In this document: positions 9,246 through 19,022 of the stretch, piece after piece | Position numbering within the stretch: position 1 is the first letter of the stretch | Layout: each line of letters opens with the position of its first letter | IMG/VR virus record: IMGVR_UViG_3300027848_000009 | Location: 64,001-128,000 of that record | Reading direction: 5' to 3' (one strand) | DNA: 64,000 nt | Source: a virus | Translations under genes and position numbers: made by a program | The notes under the pieces: model-generated | Told to the model about the DNA's origin: nothing | What the model saw: the letters and a program-made list of their open reading frames with translations, nothing else | The model's database searches: none

Positions 9246-12200
9246 TCAATTGTTCGGGATGCTGACAGTCCTTCCTTGAGAGTTTGTCCTCTCCTGTGTC
9301 CGGCTAGTTATTTCTTCAGTTGTCCCCGTTATGAATGTTCCCATCGCTGCTTCAGCAAAAATATCAAGGAGCCTCGTGAAAATGTCTACCCTTGATCCGC
9401 CTGTTTCCATTTGTCGATCGACCACGACCATGAGGGCGTCCATTATCTGGTCTACCTCGTCTTGGGTGACCGTAACTGTTCCGACGTTCGTCCTGCGGTC
9501 ACCAAGTTTTCCGGAGTCTTGACGGCCCATAATGCCCTGCAAGAGTCTAAGCGCGTCAGATGTTTGTCTGTCGCTGCTTGAGCGTGCTTCTCTAATTTCC
9601 TTGTCGAGAGAATCTTCAATCTTTTTGAAGAATGTTGCCTCTTCAATAATCTGGGTGCGACCCTTTTTCTCGGAGCGAAGGCCGCCAACGCTTCTCGAAT
9701 TCGCATATTCCTGAACAGATTCACTTGGCTTATAGTTGCGCATTGAGCGCATGCCAGCCTCTGAAAGGAAACGCGCAGCCCCCGTTCCGGTATTAGGGAT
9801 ATCGTCTTCATCAATCCCGCCGACCCGGAGGGCAGCGGCCGAGTCGCCCTGCTCGATGGCGCCATTACGTTGGTAGCCGTCGACCATCTCGCCAATAACC
9901 GTATTCAACGATCGTGCCGCTTGCATACTCGCAGACTCTTTTGCTGTGAGTTCCCTGCCTTGGAACTGCTCCATGTATTCATCGAGCGTGGCTTGCATTG
10001 ATTCGAGCATCGTCATCGTGACCTCGTCGCCCTCGTTGGTAAGATCAGAAAGAGCATCCCAAACCTCTTGATGATCCTCTGATGCATCACCGTCAGCAAC
10101 GGCGTCGGCGAGACGTGTTTGGTTCCCTGAGACACGTTTGTCAACTTTAGATAGATCCCGTTTGCGTTGTTCCGTCCATTGGGCCGGGGAGATTTCTGGC
10201 GACTGTTCCTCTGGAACTGCGTCTCCAGTGGGCTGTTCGGGTGGAGCGGATGGACTTGGTGCTGGCGGAGTATTGGCCAATTCCTGAGTGATTTGACGTC
10301 GCCGAGACTGGCGTTCTTCCCTGCGCTCCTGCTCCTCTATCTTCTTGCCTATTTCTGTGGAAAGGCGCCGGAAATCGACTTCCTTCATGCCGCTCTTCTT
10401 GGGAGAATAAAAAGCATAGAGTTCGTCAAACTGCTGATCTGGGGGTAGTTCATCCCATCCTTCGGGTTTGATTTCTTCCCACTTTTTGCCCACATTTTGG
10501 CTGTTTGCAATTCTGGTACCCATTGGGCGCCCGGGCCGGTTGGCTGTTTCTGCTACAGCCGACGAACGCTCCTCCGGGCCGGGTCGCTTACTGGAACGGA
10601 GACCGCTTCCGCGCGCCGACTGCGCTCCGTCAAGAATTGACCACCCCTTGGGGGAGATGTCGTCAACTTCTAGACCAGCAAACCGATCCCTGATGGGCGG
10701 CTCGGATTCAGACTGGCCCCATTCCAGAAGGCTGGACATGTTGCGCTTTGTCATGCCGGGAGGTGTTGGTCTTTTACCAGCAAAACCACCGCCCTTCTTG
10801 AGATTGGGTGATTCGTATGTCCCATTTGGCGACAGGGCGGCAAAGTCGATTATGTCTTTTGCCGCACGCATGGGGGCTGGGACTTCGCTGGACTCGTTCC
10901 GCTTTGCGTACTCGTTGAACCCTGACTGAATTCTTTGAGCCAAATCTTGAGGCATCTTTTCAGAGTTGCCTTGGAGCCATTTGTCGAGTTCGGAAAACGC
11001 TGTAATTCCCTGAGCATTTTTCTGCTCCCGTTCCAATGAGCGACGAATGTCGCCGCGCTCATCAGCGTTGAGTTTCAGGGAGACGCCGTTTTCTGGAATC
11101 CGAGAGTTGCTCCGGGGTCCCATGGAGTTCATTTTCTGACGGTCCGGGTCGAGATTGCCGTCAACCCATTTTCCGTTCCTTGCTCCACCCTTCATCCGTG
11201 AAAGAAAGTCCGACAGTTCAAGGATGGAACCCGAATCATCGTCGCCAATGCGAGAGTTCAGGGTGTCGATAGCAATCTGCAAATTTGAACGATCAATTAT
11301 CGACGGTCCTGTTTTGGGGTCGATCTGAGATGCGAGCGATCGCAGCGTATCTGCTACCGGTCGGTCAAGTGATGCGTTGTCGACAAAATCCTGAAGCGTC
11401 TCAGCGTAGGAGATACGATCACGTGCAGGCGCCGCCAATTCGATCTGATCGCTGTTCTTCCGCGACCTCATTCCACGTCCACGATTTTTCCGAGTAAACC
11501 ACTCTGCCGCCTCGTTCACTCCGTCGCGAAGTTTTTTGCTTTTATCTCTAGTGCTGTAAGGGCTATTGTTTGCGGCGCCGGTCAAGGTTGGTTGTTGGAC
11601 GAATTCTCTCGCCTCGTCAGCCGACGGGATTCTTTCATTGATCCAACTGATGTCCTCTTCAAGAATGGACCGCTCGACTCGATTGTCATCAAGATCGTTG
11701 ATCGCCTCAAGCGTCTGATCCATGTAGTAGGCGTAGTCGCCCTCTTCGATCACGTCGGCGTCGAAGTTGTCTTTTAGCCACTTTTCTGCCGCCGCCTCCG
11801 GATTACTTGAGTTGCGGATCTCATCAAGTTCATATTTGTTCATTGACAGAGAGCGAGTAGCGGAACGCAGTTGATCGCGCATATCGCTTTCGTCTTTATT
11901 CAGATCACTGAGTTTCTCCTCGACCTGCTCTGCGTAATCAGCCAAGTCGTCAACGTGATTGCTGATTGAAGAAATTCGATCTTCGGATTCCCCAAGTTCG
12001 GACAAGTCGTCTAGGAACCATGATTCGTAATTATCTGAAAGGCGTTGAGCGTCTTCTGGGGTGAACTTGTCTGCTCCACCCAATCGATTTGCCAATATGG
12101 CTGTCGCCAGTTCCGTATTGGAACGACCTTGTTCTGTTTCAAGAATAGACATTGCCCATAAGTCGTCGTACGACTTTCCGGCACGCTTCTTCATGGCTTC

Positions 12201-14177
12201 GACTTGTGAAGAAACGATCTCTTTAGCTTCGTCAAGCTCGTCCTTGATTTCGGCGAAATCCATTTTTTCAAGACGATTCTTATATGTGTTTTTACGCATA
12301 GACCGAAGACCTTCATCTCCGGTTCCAGTGTTTGCGGATGGCGCCTGCGGAAGGTTCGGTAACTTTGGTGTTGACGGCGTGGCTGGGCGCTCAAAGGGCG
12401 AGCCCTCCTGAACCAAGCCATCGTTGTCGCCGTCTATTGCGTTTGGATCGAACCGTTGCGTTACGGCCCGCAGGGACCTAAGTGCTTTTTTTGAACCACC
12501 CCCAAAGATGTTCTTGCTGGCATTATAGATTGCCTGCATGAACTCTTCGGTTGTCCCTGAGAGCACTTTGATTCCGTGCTCGGTCACCTCGACTTCGGTT
12601 TTGTGATACTCGAAGATTGGATCGAGGGCTTCTTTGACCCTGAAAACCTGCGAGGGGTCGCACTCAATGATGACGTTTTGCTGTTCCTCATTGAAACCCG
12701 ACATTTCTGACATGTATTCGAGTGACTTCTCGTCGTCGTCGTGATGCTTCTCTCGCTGACGGAAAATGTCGGCCATCGTCGGCTCGGGCGTTTCCTGAGC
12801 GTAAGCCCTACTCGTGGAATGATTCGGCTTTGTCCGCATAGAGATCGCTGGCATCCGGGGAGGGACAACGGCACTCATGGGCTGGAAGGTCATCTGAGGA
12901 ACGACCCTTTCCGGCTTTCCGAACATGTACTGCTGCGTTTCCCGGTCCCAATGATACGGAAGGCGGTAGTACTTCTTCATTCCTTCTTTCATCTTCGCAA
13001 AGACGACGAGGTTCCCGGTTGCGGTCATCAATTGGATTGGAGCCTGAACCCGTGAAGCGATCTCTATTTCAAGAGAATTTCGCTTTTCTGGGCTAAGAGG
13101 CTGAGCCGCTCCGTCGGAGAAGATGTCACGATTCGGTTCCGGCTTCCTTGCCGAAATCATCTGCATCATCATGTGATTCTTCTCGGAGACATCCGTGATC
13201 TCGTCATCAAAATCGATTTCGTCGCCCCAGACGCTCTTCACTTGCTCAAGTACGTGATCGAGAGCAATTTCCTCAAACTCTTCCTCGAAAAATGATTCGT
13301 AATCAGAGAAATCGAACTCTTGTTTCCATTCAGCATCTTTTTTCTTTGAGCTTTCGTAGCGCTCAAGGAGTCGGCGACCCTTTGCGGCAAGTTTTGCGGC
13401 ATCGCTACGGTCCTGAGGGGATGGTTCTCCCCATGCTGCAGCAGAAAGCGCTAGTCGGGTCGGCTTGCCGTCCGGTTTCTTCATTGGGCCCGAAGGATTC
13501 GTGAAGAATCGCGTCAAGAAAGAGCCCTTCCTGCACATCTTCTGCGGCGTGTTTGCGGCTCCGCGAACTCCCGGCTTCAGGTTTGCGCCATCCGTCTGAG
13601 CGAAGTGACTGCGCCCCTCGGCGGTCAGACCACCCTCAGGGTCTTTGAGTTTGGCTTGCTTGATTGAGATCGTTCCAGTCAACTGGTTCGCTCCGTGGAG
13701 AACCGGGCTGACCTCGTAAAGTTCGACTTCCTTTAGGACGTTCGCCTGCTTTGAAGGGTCGAAAACTGCGTCGAGCGTTTTGTATCCAATTGACCATTCC
13801 TGCTCAAGGCCGAAGAATTGGACATTGGAAAACGCCTCGCGACCTTTTTCTGAGTTCAGGTTGAACTGAACCTTCGCGTACAGTCCGCCAATTCCTGCCC
13901 TTTTCATCTTTTCTGGGAGACGAGGGTCGGAGGCTGGAACCTCATAAATCTCAAGGATTTTCCCGATTGGGTCGTTCCAGTTGTGTCCCCATACGACGCG
14001 CGGCTTCCTGCGCTTCAGGCTTCCGTCGAACACTCCGGGTGCGCAAATATCACCGACGGAGTCCTTGTTGCCGATTCCGGCGACGAAACACTCCACGATG
14101 CCCTTGGCATCATTTACGGAAACTTGACCGGCGGGTGCCGCTTTGAACTCGATATCATCGAATTGTGAATCAGGCAT
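9246..14177 (-). CDS. HK97-family prohead protease (S78) fused to a ~1450-aa C-terminal extension
   Basis: GIGNKDSVGD, WGHNWNDPIGK, WSIGY, LYEVSPVLHGAN motifs; then DUF6321-like GGLTAEGR..NLKPGV..RKGSFL; ATG 14177 follows AAAGGGAG. Confidence 0.9.
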   Translation of the reverse strand: MPDSQFDDIEFKAAPAGQVSVNDAKGIVECFVAGIGNKDSVGDICAPGVFDGSLKRRKPRVVWGHNWNDPIGKILEIYEVPASDPRLPEKMKRAGIGGLYAKVQFNLNSEKGREAFSNVQFFGLEQEWSIGYKTLDAVFDPSKQANVLKEVELYEVSPVLHGANQLTGTISIKQAKLKDPEGGLTAEGRSHFAQTDGANLKPGVRGAANTPQKMCRKGSFLTRFFTNPSGPMKKPDGKPTRLALSAAAWGEPSPQDRSDAAKLAAKGRRLLERYESSKKKDAEWKQEFDFSDYESFFEEEFEEIALDHVLEQVKSVWGDEIDFDDEITDVSEKNHMMMQMISARKPEPNRDIFSDGAAQPLSPEKRNSLEIEIASRVQAPIQLMTATGNLVVFAKMKEGMKKYYRLPYHWDRETQQYMFGKPERVVPQMTFQPMSAVVPPRMPAISMRTKPNHSTSRAYAQETPEPTMADIFRQREKHHDDDEKSLEYMSEMSGFNEEQQNVIIECDPSQVFRVKEALDPIFEYHKTEVEVTEHGIKVLSGTTEEFMQAIYNASKNIFGGGSKKALRSLRAVTQRFDPNAIDGDNDGLVQEGSPFERPATPSTPKLPNLPQAPSANTGTGDEGLRSMRKNTYKNRLEKMDFAEIKDELDEAKEIVSSQVEAMKKRAGKSYDDLWAMSILETEQGRSNTELATAILANRLGGADKFTPEDAQRLSDNYESWFLDDLSELGESEDRISSISNHVDDLADYAEQVEEKLSDLNKDESDMRDQLRSATRSLSMNKYELDEIRNSSNPEAAAEKWLKDNFDADVIEEGDYAYYMDQTLEAINDLDDNRVERSILEEDISWINERIPSADEAREFVQQPTLTGAANNSPYSTRDKSKKLRDGVNEAAEWFTRKNRGRGMRSRKNSDQIELAAPARDRISYAETLQDFVDNASLDRPVADTLRSLASQIDPKTGPSIIDRSNLQIAIDTLNSRIGDDDSGSILELSDFLSRMKGGARNGKWVDGNLDPDRQKMNSMGPRSNSRIPENGVSLKLNADERGDIRRSLEREQKNAQGITAFSELDKWLQGNSEKMPQDLAQRIQSGFNEYAKRNESSEVPAPMRAAKDIIDFAALSPNGTYESPNLKKGGGFAGKRPTPPGMTKRNMSSLLEWGQSESEPPIRDRFAGLEVDDISPKGWSILDGAQSARGSGLRSSKRPGPEERSSAVAETANRPGRPMGTRIANSQNVGKKWEEIKPEGWDELPPDQQFDELYAFYSPKKSGMKEVDFRRLSTEIGKKIEEQERREERQSRRRQITQELANTPPAPSPSAPPEQPTGDAVPEEQSPEISPAQWTEQRKRDLSKVDKRVSGNQTRLADAVADGDASEDHQEVWDALSDLTNEGDEVTMTMLESMQATLDEYMEQFQGRELTAKESASMQAARSLNTVIGEMVDGYQRNGAIEQGDSAAALRVGGIDEDDIPNTGTGAARFLSEAGMRSMRNYKPSESVQEYANSRSVGGLRSEKKGRTQIIEEATFFKKIEDSLDKEIREARSSSDRQTSDALRLLQGIMGRQDSGKLGDRRTNVGTVTVTQDEVDQIMDALMVVVDRQMETGGSRVDIFTRLLDIFAEAAMGTFITGTTEEITSRTQERTNSQGRTVSIPNN

Positions 14178-14275
14178 GGTTTCTCTCCCTTTGATCATTA
14201 TCAATGATAAACGACTGGAGAGTAGGCTGATGCAACTACGGCATTGTAATTATTCTGTTTACGGAAACAGGGGTG

Positions 14276-16273
14276 CTATTTACGTAAACGCCATGCCCGT
14301 CGTGCCTCGGCTTCAGCGACCTTGGAAGGAGAATTAGCCAGAAGATTTACAAAATGGCTAGTGACGGATGCTTTTACAACCGTATTCCTGATCTCGGGAG
14401 AAGAAATTCCGTACGAGGAACGAATTTCCATTGTCAATTCTTCTCGCGACTGATCGACGATTGACCTGATTCGACCAAGAGCGGCATTCGCTGCCACGAC
14501 CATTTCTTCGCTGAAGTTGACAGACTTGCCTTCCATATTTTCCTTCATGATCGCCATAAGTACAGGACGAATGTCTTCGTCATATTGCTTGTACCAAACA
14601 TCTGCTGGCATGAACATGTCGACATCGAGAGTTCCTTCGAGCAACGCCTTCCTGCACTTCGACCCGGAAGCCTTCTCGATGACCACCCTTTGCTGACGCT
14701 CCATCAACCGCTCAATGCTTCGTTCAAGAATCTGAGTCCAACGCTCAAGCCCTTGTTCTTCCGCGACCTTGATTTCAATATTTTTGAATGCCGGGTCCGC
14801 CAATTGACCGTCCGGCTGTGCGGCAACAGCCGCTTGAGGTGACCCCTGCTCCGACGCCATTGATCCCTGCATCGTATTTGGATCCAATGGCGGCTGGTTC
14901 TGTGCAGCGACTTCACCCACCCCGCCCATCTCTGGGTCGCCGGACTGTTCTCCGCCCGGGTCGGCACCCGGAGGCATCCCGGGAACTCCCGGCTGAGGCC
15001 CGCCCATCTGCATCTCTGGCTTGGGCATTTCCTTTTCGGTATTGGCAACTGGCGTCAAGTTGGGGTTCATGAGCAGCGAGTCAGCAAGATCAGACTTGAC
15101 CTTCTTCTTCCCTGTTGCCGTGCGGTATTCGTTGGGGCTAATGAGGCCCTGCTGGAGTTCCTGAAGCAAATACTGCTCTCGCTCCTGCTTGTAGATCACG
15201 AGGATCGGCACTTCACTGGTGTCGAAATCGATGTAATGCTCATCGTCGAGTTCATCCAGCGACCGGGCAAGCGGCTCCAAGTGCGGCATCATGGTTTCGA
15301 TCCAGAAGACGCGGATTTCCTCTGCGGCATTCGAGAAAGTCCTGCCAGAAGCATTACCGATAACGGACTCCGGCACGCCGAAGGAGGCAAGGATCTCCTC
15401 CTTGGTTATTTGGCGCATCTGGATATAGGAAGCATCACGAGGGTTCGAAGATGTGTCCACGTAATCGACGCCATCTTCGGACGCGATTACCGTGGTTCCA
15501 CCAACGCGACCAAGGTTTCCGCGGAAGCGGTTCGCAAGTTCTGCCTTGTCGTCCTCGTCAATGTCCCCCTTGAGGACCAGCAGGCCACCCGGACGTCCAT
15601 CGTTGAGCAGGTAGTTCCGGTTGTAAAGTTTCGCCAAGTTCTCAATCTCGATAGCAACACCAGCGGATTCCATCGGAGTCAAGGAAAGGTATGGGTCAAG
15701 TGGGTGCGGTTTCCTGACCCAAATAACTTCACTAGGGGGAAGTATGATCTTGTCACCGCTTGGCATCGAAACCTCGTACCCGGAGACGAATGTCTTCGGG
15801 TCGGGGATGGGTGCCGTGTGCTGTGGCGGCAGGAGGTTGATGCCAATAATTCGCCCATCACGACCGCGAACTTTTTCGATAAAGGCCCCACGGCTACTCA
15901 TCAGCAATTGCGACGACAAGCGGTAACGGAAAGCGAACGAATTTTCACCAATATTGCTCTTGACGTTCAGTAAATCAAGGACCGAGGAGTTTTTCGCCTT
16001 AGATTTGGTGACGATTTCGCCTTCGGGGTCATTGTTTTTACGTAGCACTACCGGCAGCCGGGCTTGGTTTCCGGCGATCGCATCAATACACCGAGACACC
16101 CATACGACTTTCGCCATACCTTCTCGGTACGCCCGCTCGATGTCCCACGAATCTCGATACGCCCTGCCTGCAAAGTTGACGTTATTGGCGACAGGTGCCC
16201 CCACGCCAACTTTGGCAGCCTTGCTCGCCGAGTTTCCACCAAGCGACTTATTCTCCGTTGAGTTCCATGCCAT
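14276..16273 (-). CDS. Portal protein (HK97-like) with Pro/Gly linker and C-terminal extension
   Basis: VSRCIDAIA, YNRNYLLNDGRPGGLL, EEILASFGVPESVIG, ISPNEYR. Confidence 0.92.
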   Translation of the reverse strand: MAWNSTENKSLGGNSASKAAKVGVGAPVANNVNFAGRAYRDSWDIERAYREGMAKVVWVSRCIDAIAGNQARLPVVLRKNNDPEGEIVTKSKAKNSSVLDLLNVKSNIGENSFAFRYRLSSQLLMSSRGAFIEKVRGRDGRIIGINLLPPQHTAPIPDPKTFVSGYEVSMPSGDKIILPPSEVIWVRKPHPLDPYLSLTPMESAGVAIEIENLAKLYNRNYLLNDGRPGGLLVLKGDIDEDDKAELANRFRGNLGRVGGTTVIASEDGVDYVDTSSNPRDASYIQMRQITKEEILASFGVPESVIGNASGRTFSNAAEEIRVFWIETMMPHLEPLARSLDELDDEHYIDFDTSEVPILVIYKQEREQYLLQELQQGLISPNEYRTATGKKKVKSDLADSLLMNPNLTPVANTEKEMPKPEMQMGGPQPGVPGMPPGADPGGEQSGDPEMGGVGEVAAQNQPPLDPNTMQGSMASEQGSPQAAVAAQPDGQLADPAFKNIEIKVAEEQGLERWTQILERSIERLMERQQRVVIEKASGSKCRKALLEGTLDVDMFMPADVWYKQYDEDIRPVLMAIMKENMEGKSVNFSEEMVVAANAALGRIRSIVDQSREELTMEIRSSYGISSPEIRNTVVKASVTSHFVNLLANSPSKVAEAEARRAWRLRK

Positions 16274-16275
16274 AC

Positions 16276-16494
16276 TTACTCAAGTCCTAGTAACAGGCCA
16301 AATGCGCCGCTCGCAACTCCAGCGACAACAAGCCCCCATCCCGTAGAAATGGAGATGGCGACACCTGCGCTGGTAAGCACTATAAATGATAGCATCAAGA
16401 GGTTGGCGGCATTCTTTCTAGTGAATAATCTTCGAAAAAAAATTGCCAGCCGCATTCTAATTATCGCGACCTTCTTCGGTCCTTCTTTAGGCAT
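16276..16494 (-). CDS. Small membrane protein upstream of portal
   Basis: 72 aa, two hydrophobic segments, abuts portal start. Confidence 0.7.
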   Translation of the reverse strand: MPKEGPKKVAIIRMRLAIFFRRLFTRKNAANLLMLSFIVLTSAGVAISISTGWGLVVAGVASGAFGLLLGLE

Positions 16495-16554
16495 GGGTCA
16501 CAACTTAGCGCATCTTCCTACAGTATGGTAGGAACAACCACGAAGAGGTAAGCA

Positions 16555-18987
16555 ATGGCCGAACCAGACTGGGGCAAGGTTCTGGAATACCTAGAACCCA
16601 AGAAGCCCCAATACTGCCCAGAAGAAGCATCGTTGACACAGAAGGTGTTCCTGCGGACATACGCCCTTGAGGCGTTTTTTGGCGGAGCAGCTGGTGGTGG
16701 GAAAGCTGTTTCGGTAGACACACCCATACCCACACCCGAAGGTTTCAAACCAATCAAGGACATCCACCCCGGCGACGAAATCTTTGGCCTAGACGGTAAA
16801 CCATACTACGTCCTAGCCGAGTCTGAGATACACAAGAAGCCGACGTACCGTCTAACCTTTGACGACGGGTCCAGTGTCGCCGCCGCTGACGACCATGAAT
16901 GGCTCACATACGACGCCAAAGACATGGAAAGGCTCACCAAAGGAACCGACGAATACAGAGCTACCCGTAGAGCTACAAGAGAATCACGGGCCACTATGTC
17001 CCAAGGCCCCCGTAAATCGCTAGCCGTAGCCGAACGAAACAGGGTGGAATCCGCTAAGAATATCAAACCGCAACCTACCGGCAGCATCCGTACCACACAA
17101 GAAATTGTGGACACGCTCACGGTCCGCGGCGGGCGAGCTAACCACGCTATCCCTGTAGCCGCAGCTATCCAAACCCCACACGTAGACCTACCCATCGACC
17201 CCTACACGCTAGGGGCGTGGCTTGGAGACGGCTACTCTTCTGCTGGATCGATATGTGGCGAAGACCCTGAAATATGGGATGAGTGCCCATACGCAATCAA
17301 GTCTGTACGCCACCCCATTACAGACAACGCCAACTATGCCATAGTCCTGTTTGACGGCTTAAGAACACTTCTACGAACTAATAACCTCCTCAACAACAAG
17401 CATATTCCTCACGCTTACCTGTGGGCCTCTGAAGAACAACGTGTCGCAATACTCCAAGGCCTCATGGACACTGACGGAAACGTGAATGGAGCTAGCGTCG
17501 AATTCGTAAACACAAACAAAAACTTGGTAGAAGGCGTGGCGCATCTTGCACGCTCACTCGGAATGAAAGTTAATGTTCGAGAAGGACAGTCCACCCTTTA
17601 CGGTATTGTAAAGGGACTCAAATGGACGGTAAAGTTTGCTGCCAACAGGACTGTGTTCAAACTGGCACGAAAGGCCAACACGCAGAAAATTGCTGCACGC
17701 CGCACAAACAGGTTCCGCTACATCAAGGGTGTCGAACTTCTTGGGGACACCAACGTCAAATGTATCAAAGTTTCGTCCCCCGACAACCTGTTCCTATGCG
17801 ACGAGCACTTTATCCCAACACACAATTCGTCGGCCCTTCTGATGGCTGCCCTTCAGTACGTCGACGTTCCGGGCTACAGCGCGATTCTCTTCCGTCGAAC
17901 GTACGCCGACCTCGCTCTCCCCGGAGCCATCATGGACCGTTTTCAGTCGTGGCTCGCGAATGAAGAGGATGTCAGGTGGAACGCCAACAATTACACGGCG
18001 ACCTTTCCTAGTGGTGCCCGCATCACCTTCGGCTATCTAAACAATGTGAACGATTATTTACGCTATAAGGGATCAGAGTTTCAGTTTATTGGGGTGGACG
18101 AGGTGACGGAAATCAGGGAATCTGATTACCGGTACCTATTCTCTCGCCTCCGTCGCCCGGCGAGCGGCCCGCTGGCAAAGGTTCCGCTGAGGATGAGGGC
18201 GGCATCAAACCCTGCTCCCAACTGGGTCCGTCAACGGTTCATCGTTGAGGGAATGGCAGCTGGGAGAATTTTTGTCCCATCGAAACTTACCGACAACCCG
18301 GGAATTGACGCAGAGTCGTACCGTCAGTCACTGAGTGAGCTTGATCCCGTCGAGCGACGTCGGCTAGAAGAGGGCGATTGGTGGTCGACGACCCTTGGCT
18401 CGCTGTTCGAGAGGGAGAGTATCGTCCTGCTGGACCCTCACGAAGTGCCAGAAATTACGTCGGCGGCAAGGGCTGTTCGTTTTTGGGACTTGGCGGCATC
18501 GGAGCCATCTCCCTCTTATCCTGATCCGGACTGGACGGTCGGAACCTTGATGCTTTTCGATAAAGGGATCGCCCATATTTTGGATGTCCAGAGGGCGAGG
18601 GTGAAGGGCGAGAAGGTCGAGCAGCTGATCGCCCAGACCGCATACGAGGATGGTCACGCCGTTGCGATCAGGATGGAGCAGGAGCCGGGTTCGGCGGGCA
18701 AGGCGCTGGTGGATCAGTACGCCCGATATGTGCTTTCCGGTTTCGACTTTGGGGGGATTCGCTCGACGGGAGATAAATTGACTCGCGCTCGTCCGTTTGC
18801 TGCCGCGGTTGCAAATGGGAACGTGCGCTGTGTAAGATCAGTGTGGCTGACGGATTGGCTTGACGAATTGTCATCCTTTCCTGAAGCCGCGAACCACGAC
18901 GACCAAGTCGACTCCGCTGTCGGCGCTTTTACATTTTTAACCGGATTGGGTTTGCCTCAGCGGAAAAGAATCGCTATAGTCGTCTAG
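16555..18987 (+). CDS. terL: Terminase large subunit (intein-containing)
   Basis: GGAAGGGK|S Walker A, FIGVDE Walker B, ASNP motif III, RNase H-like WDLA..DWTV..HDDQVD. Confidence 0.95.
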   Translation: MAEPDWGKVLEYLEPKKPQYCPEEASLTQKVFLRTYALEAFFGGAAGGGKAVSVDTPIPTPEGFKPIKDIHPGDEIFGLDGKPYYVLAESEIHKKPTYRLTFDDGSSVAAADDHEWLTYDAKDMERLTKGTDEYRATRRATRESRATMSQGPRKSLAVAERNRVESAKNIKPQPTGSIRTTQEIVDTLTVRGGRANHAIPVAAAIQTPHVDLPIDPYTLGAWLGDGYSSAGSICGEDPEIWDECPYAIKSVRHPITDNANYAIVLFDGLRTLLRTNNLLNNKHIPHAYLWASEEQRVAILQGLMDTDGNVNGASVEFVNTNKNLVEGVAHLARSLGMKVNVREGQSTLYGIVKGLKWTVKFAANRTVFKLARKANTQKIAARRTNRFRYIKGVELLGDTNVKCIKVSSPDNLFLCDEHFIPTHNSSALLMAALQYVDVPGYSAILFRRTYADLALPGAIMDRFQSWLANEEDVRWNANNYTATFPSGARITFGYLNNVNDYLRYKGSEFQFIGVDEVTEIRESDYRYLFSRLRRPASGPLAKVPLRMRAASNPAPNWVRQRFIVEGMAAGRIFVPSKLTDNPGIDAESYRQSLSELDPVERRRLEEGDWWSTTLGSLFERESIVLLDPHEVPEITSAARAVRFWDLAASEPSPSYPDPDWTVGTLMLFDKGIAHILDVQRARVKGEKVEQLIAQTAYEDGHAVAIRMEQEPGSAGKALVDQYARYVLSGFDFGGIRSTGDKLTRARPFAAAVANGNVRCVRSVWLTDWLDELSSFPEAANHDDQVDSAVGAFTFLTGLGLPQRKRIAIVV
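16705..17826 (+). mobile_element. Intein with LAGLIDADG homing endonuclease (374 aa), Ala1, class-3-like
   Basis: AVSVDTPI start, DHEW block B, LGAWLGDG and LQGLMDTDG, VKCIKV block F, PTHN|S end. Confidence 0.92.
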
Positions 18988-19022
18988 TAATCCACCCACT
19001 CCAACTACTACCGGAGACATAA

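Noticed and set aside
9246-14177. Protease-major capsid fusion
   Set aside because: No HK97 capsid-fold motifs recognised in the extension; the capsid gene is probably outside the window
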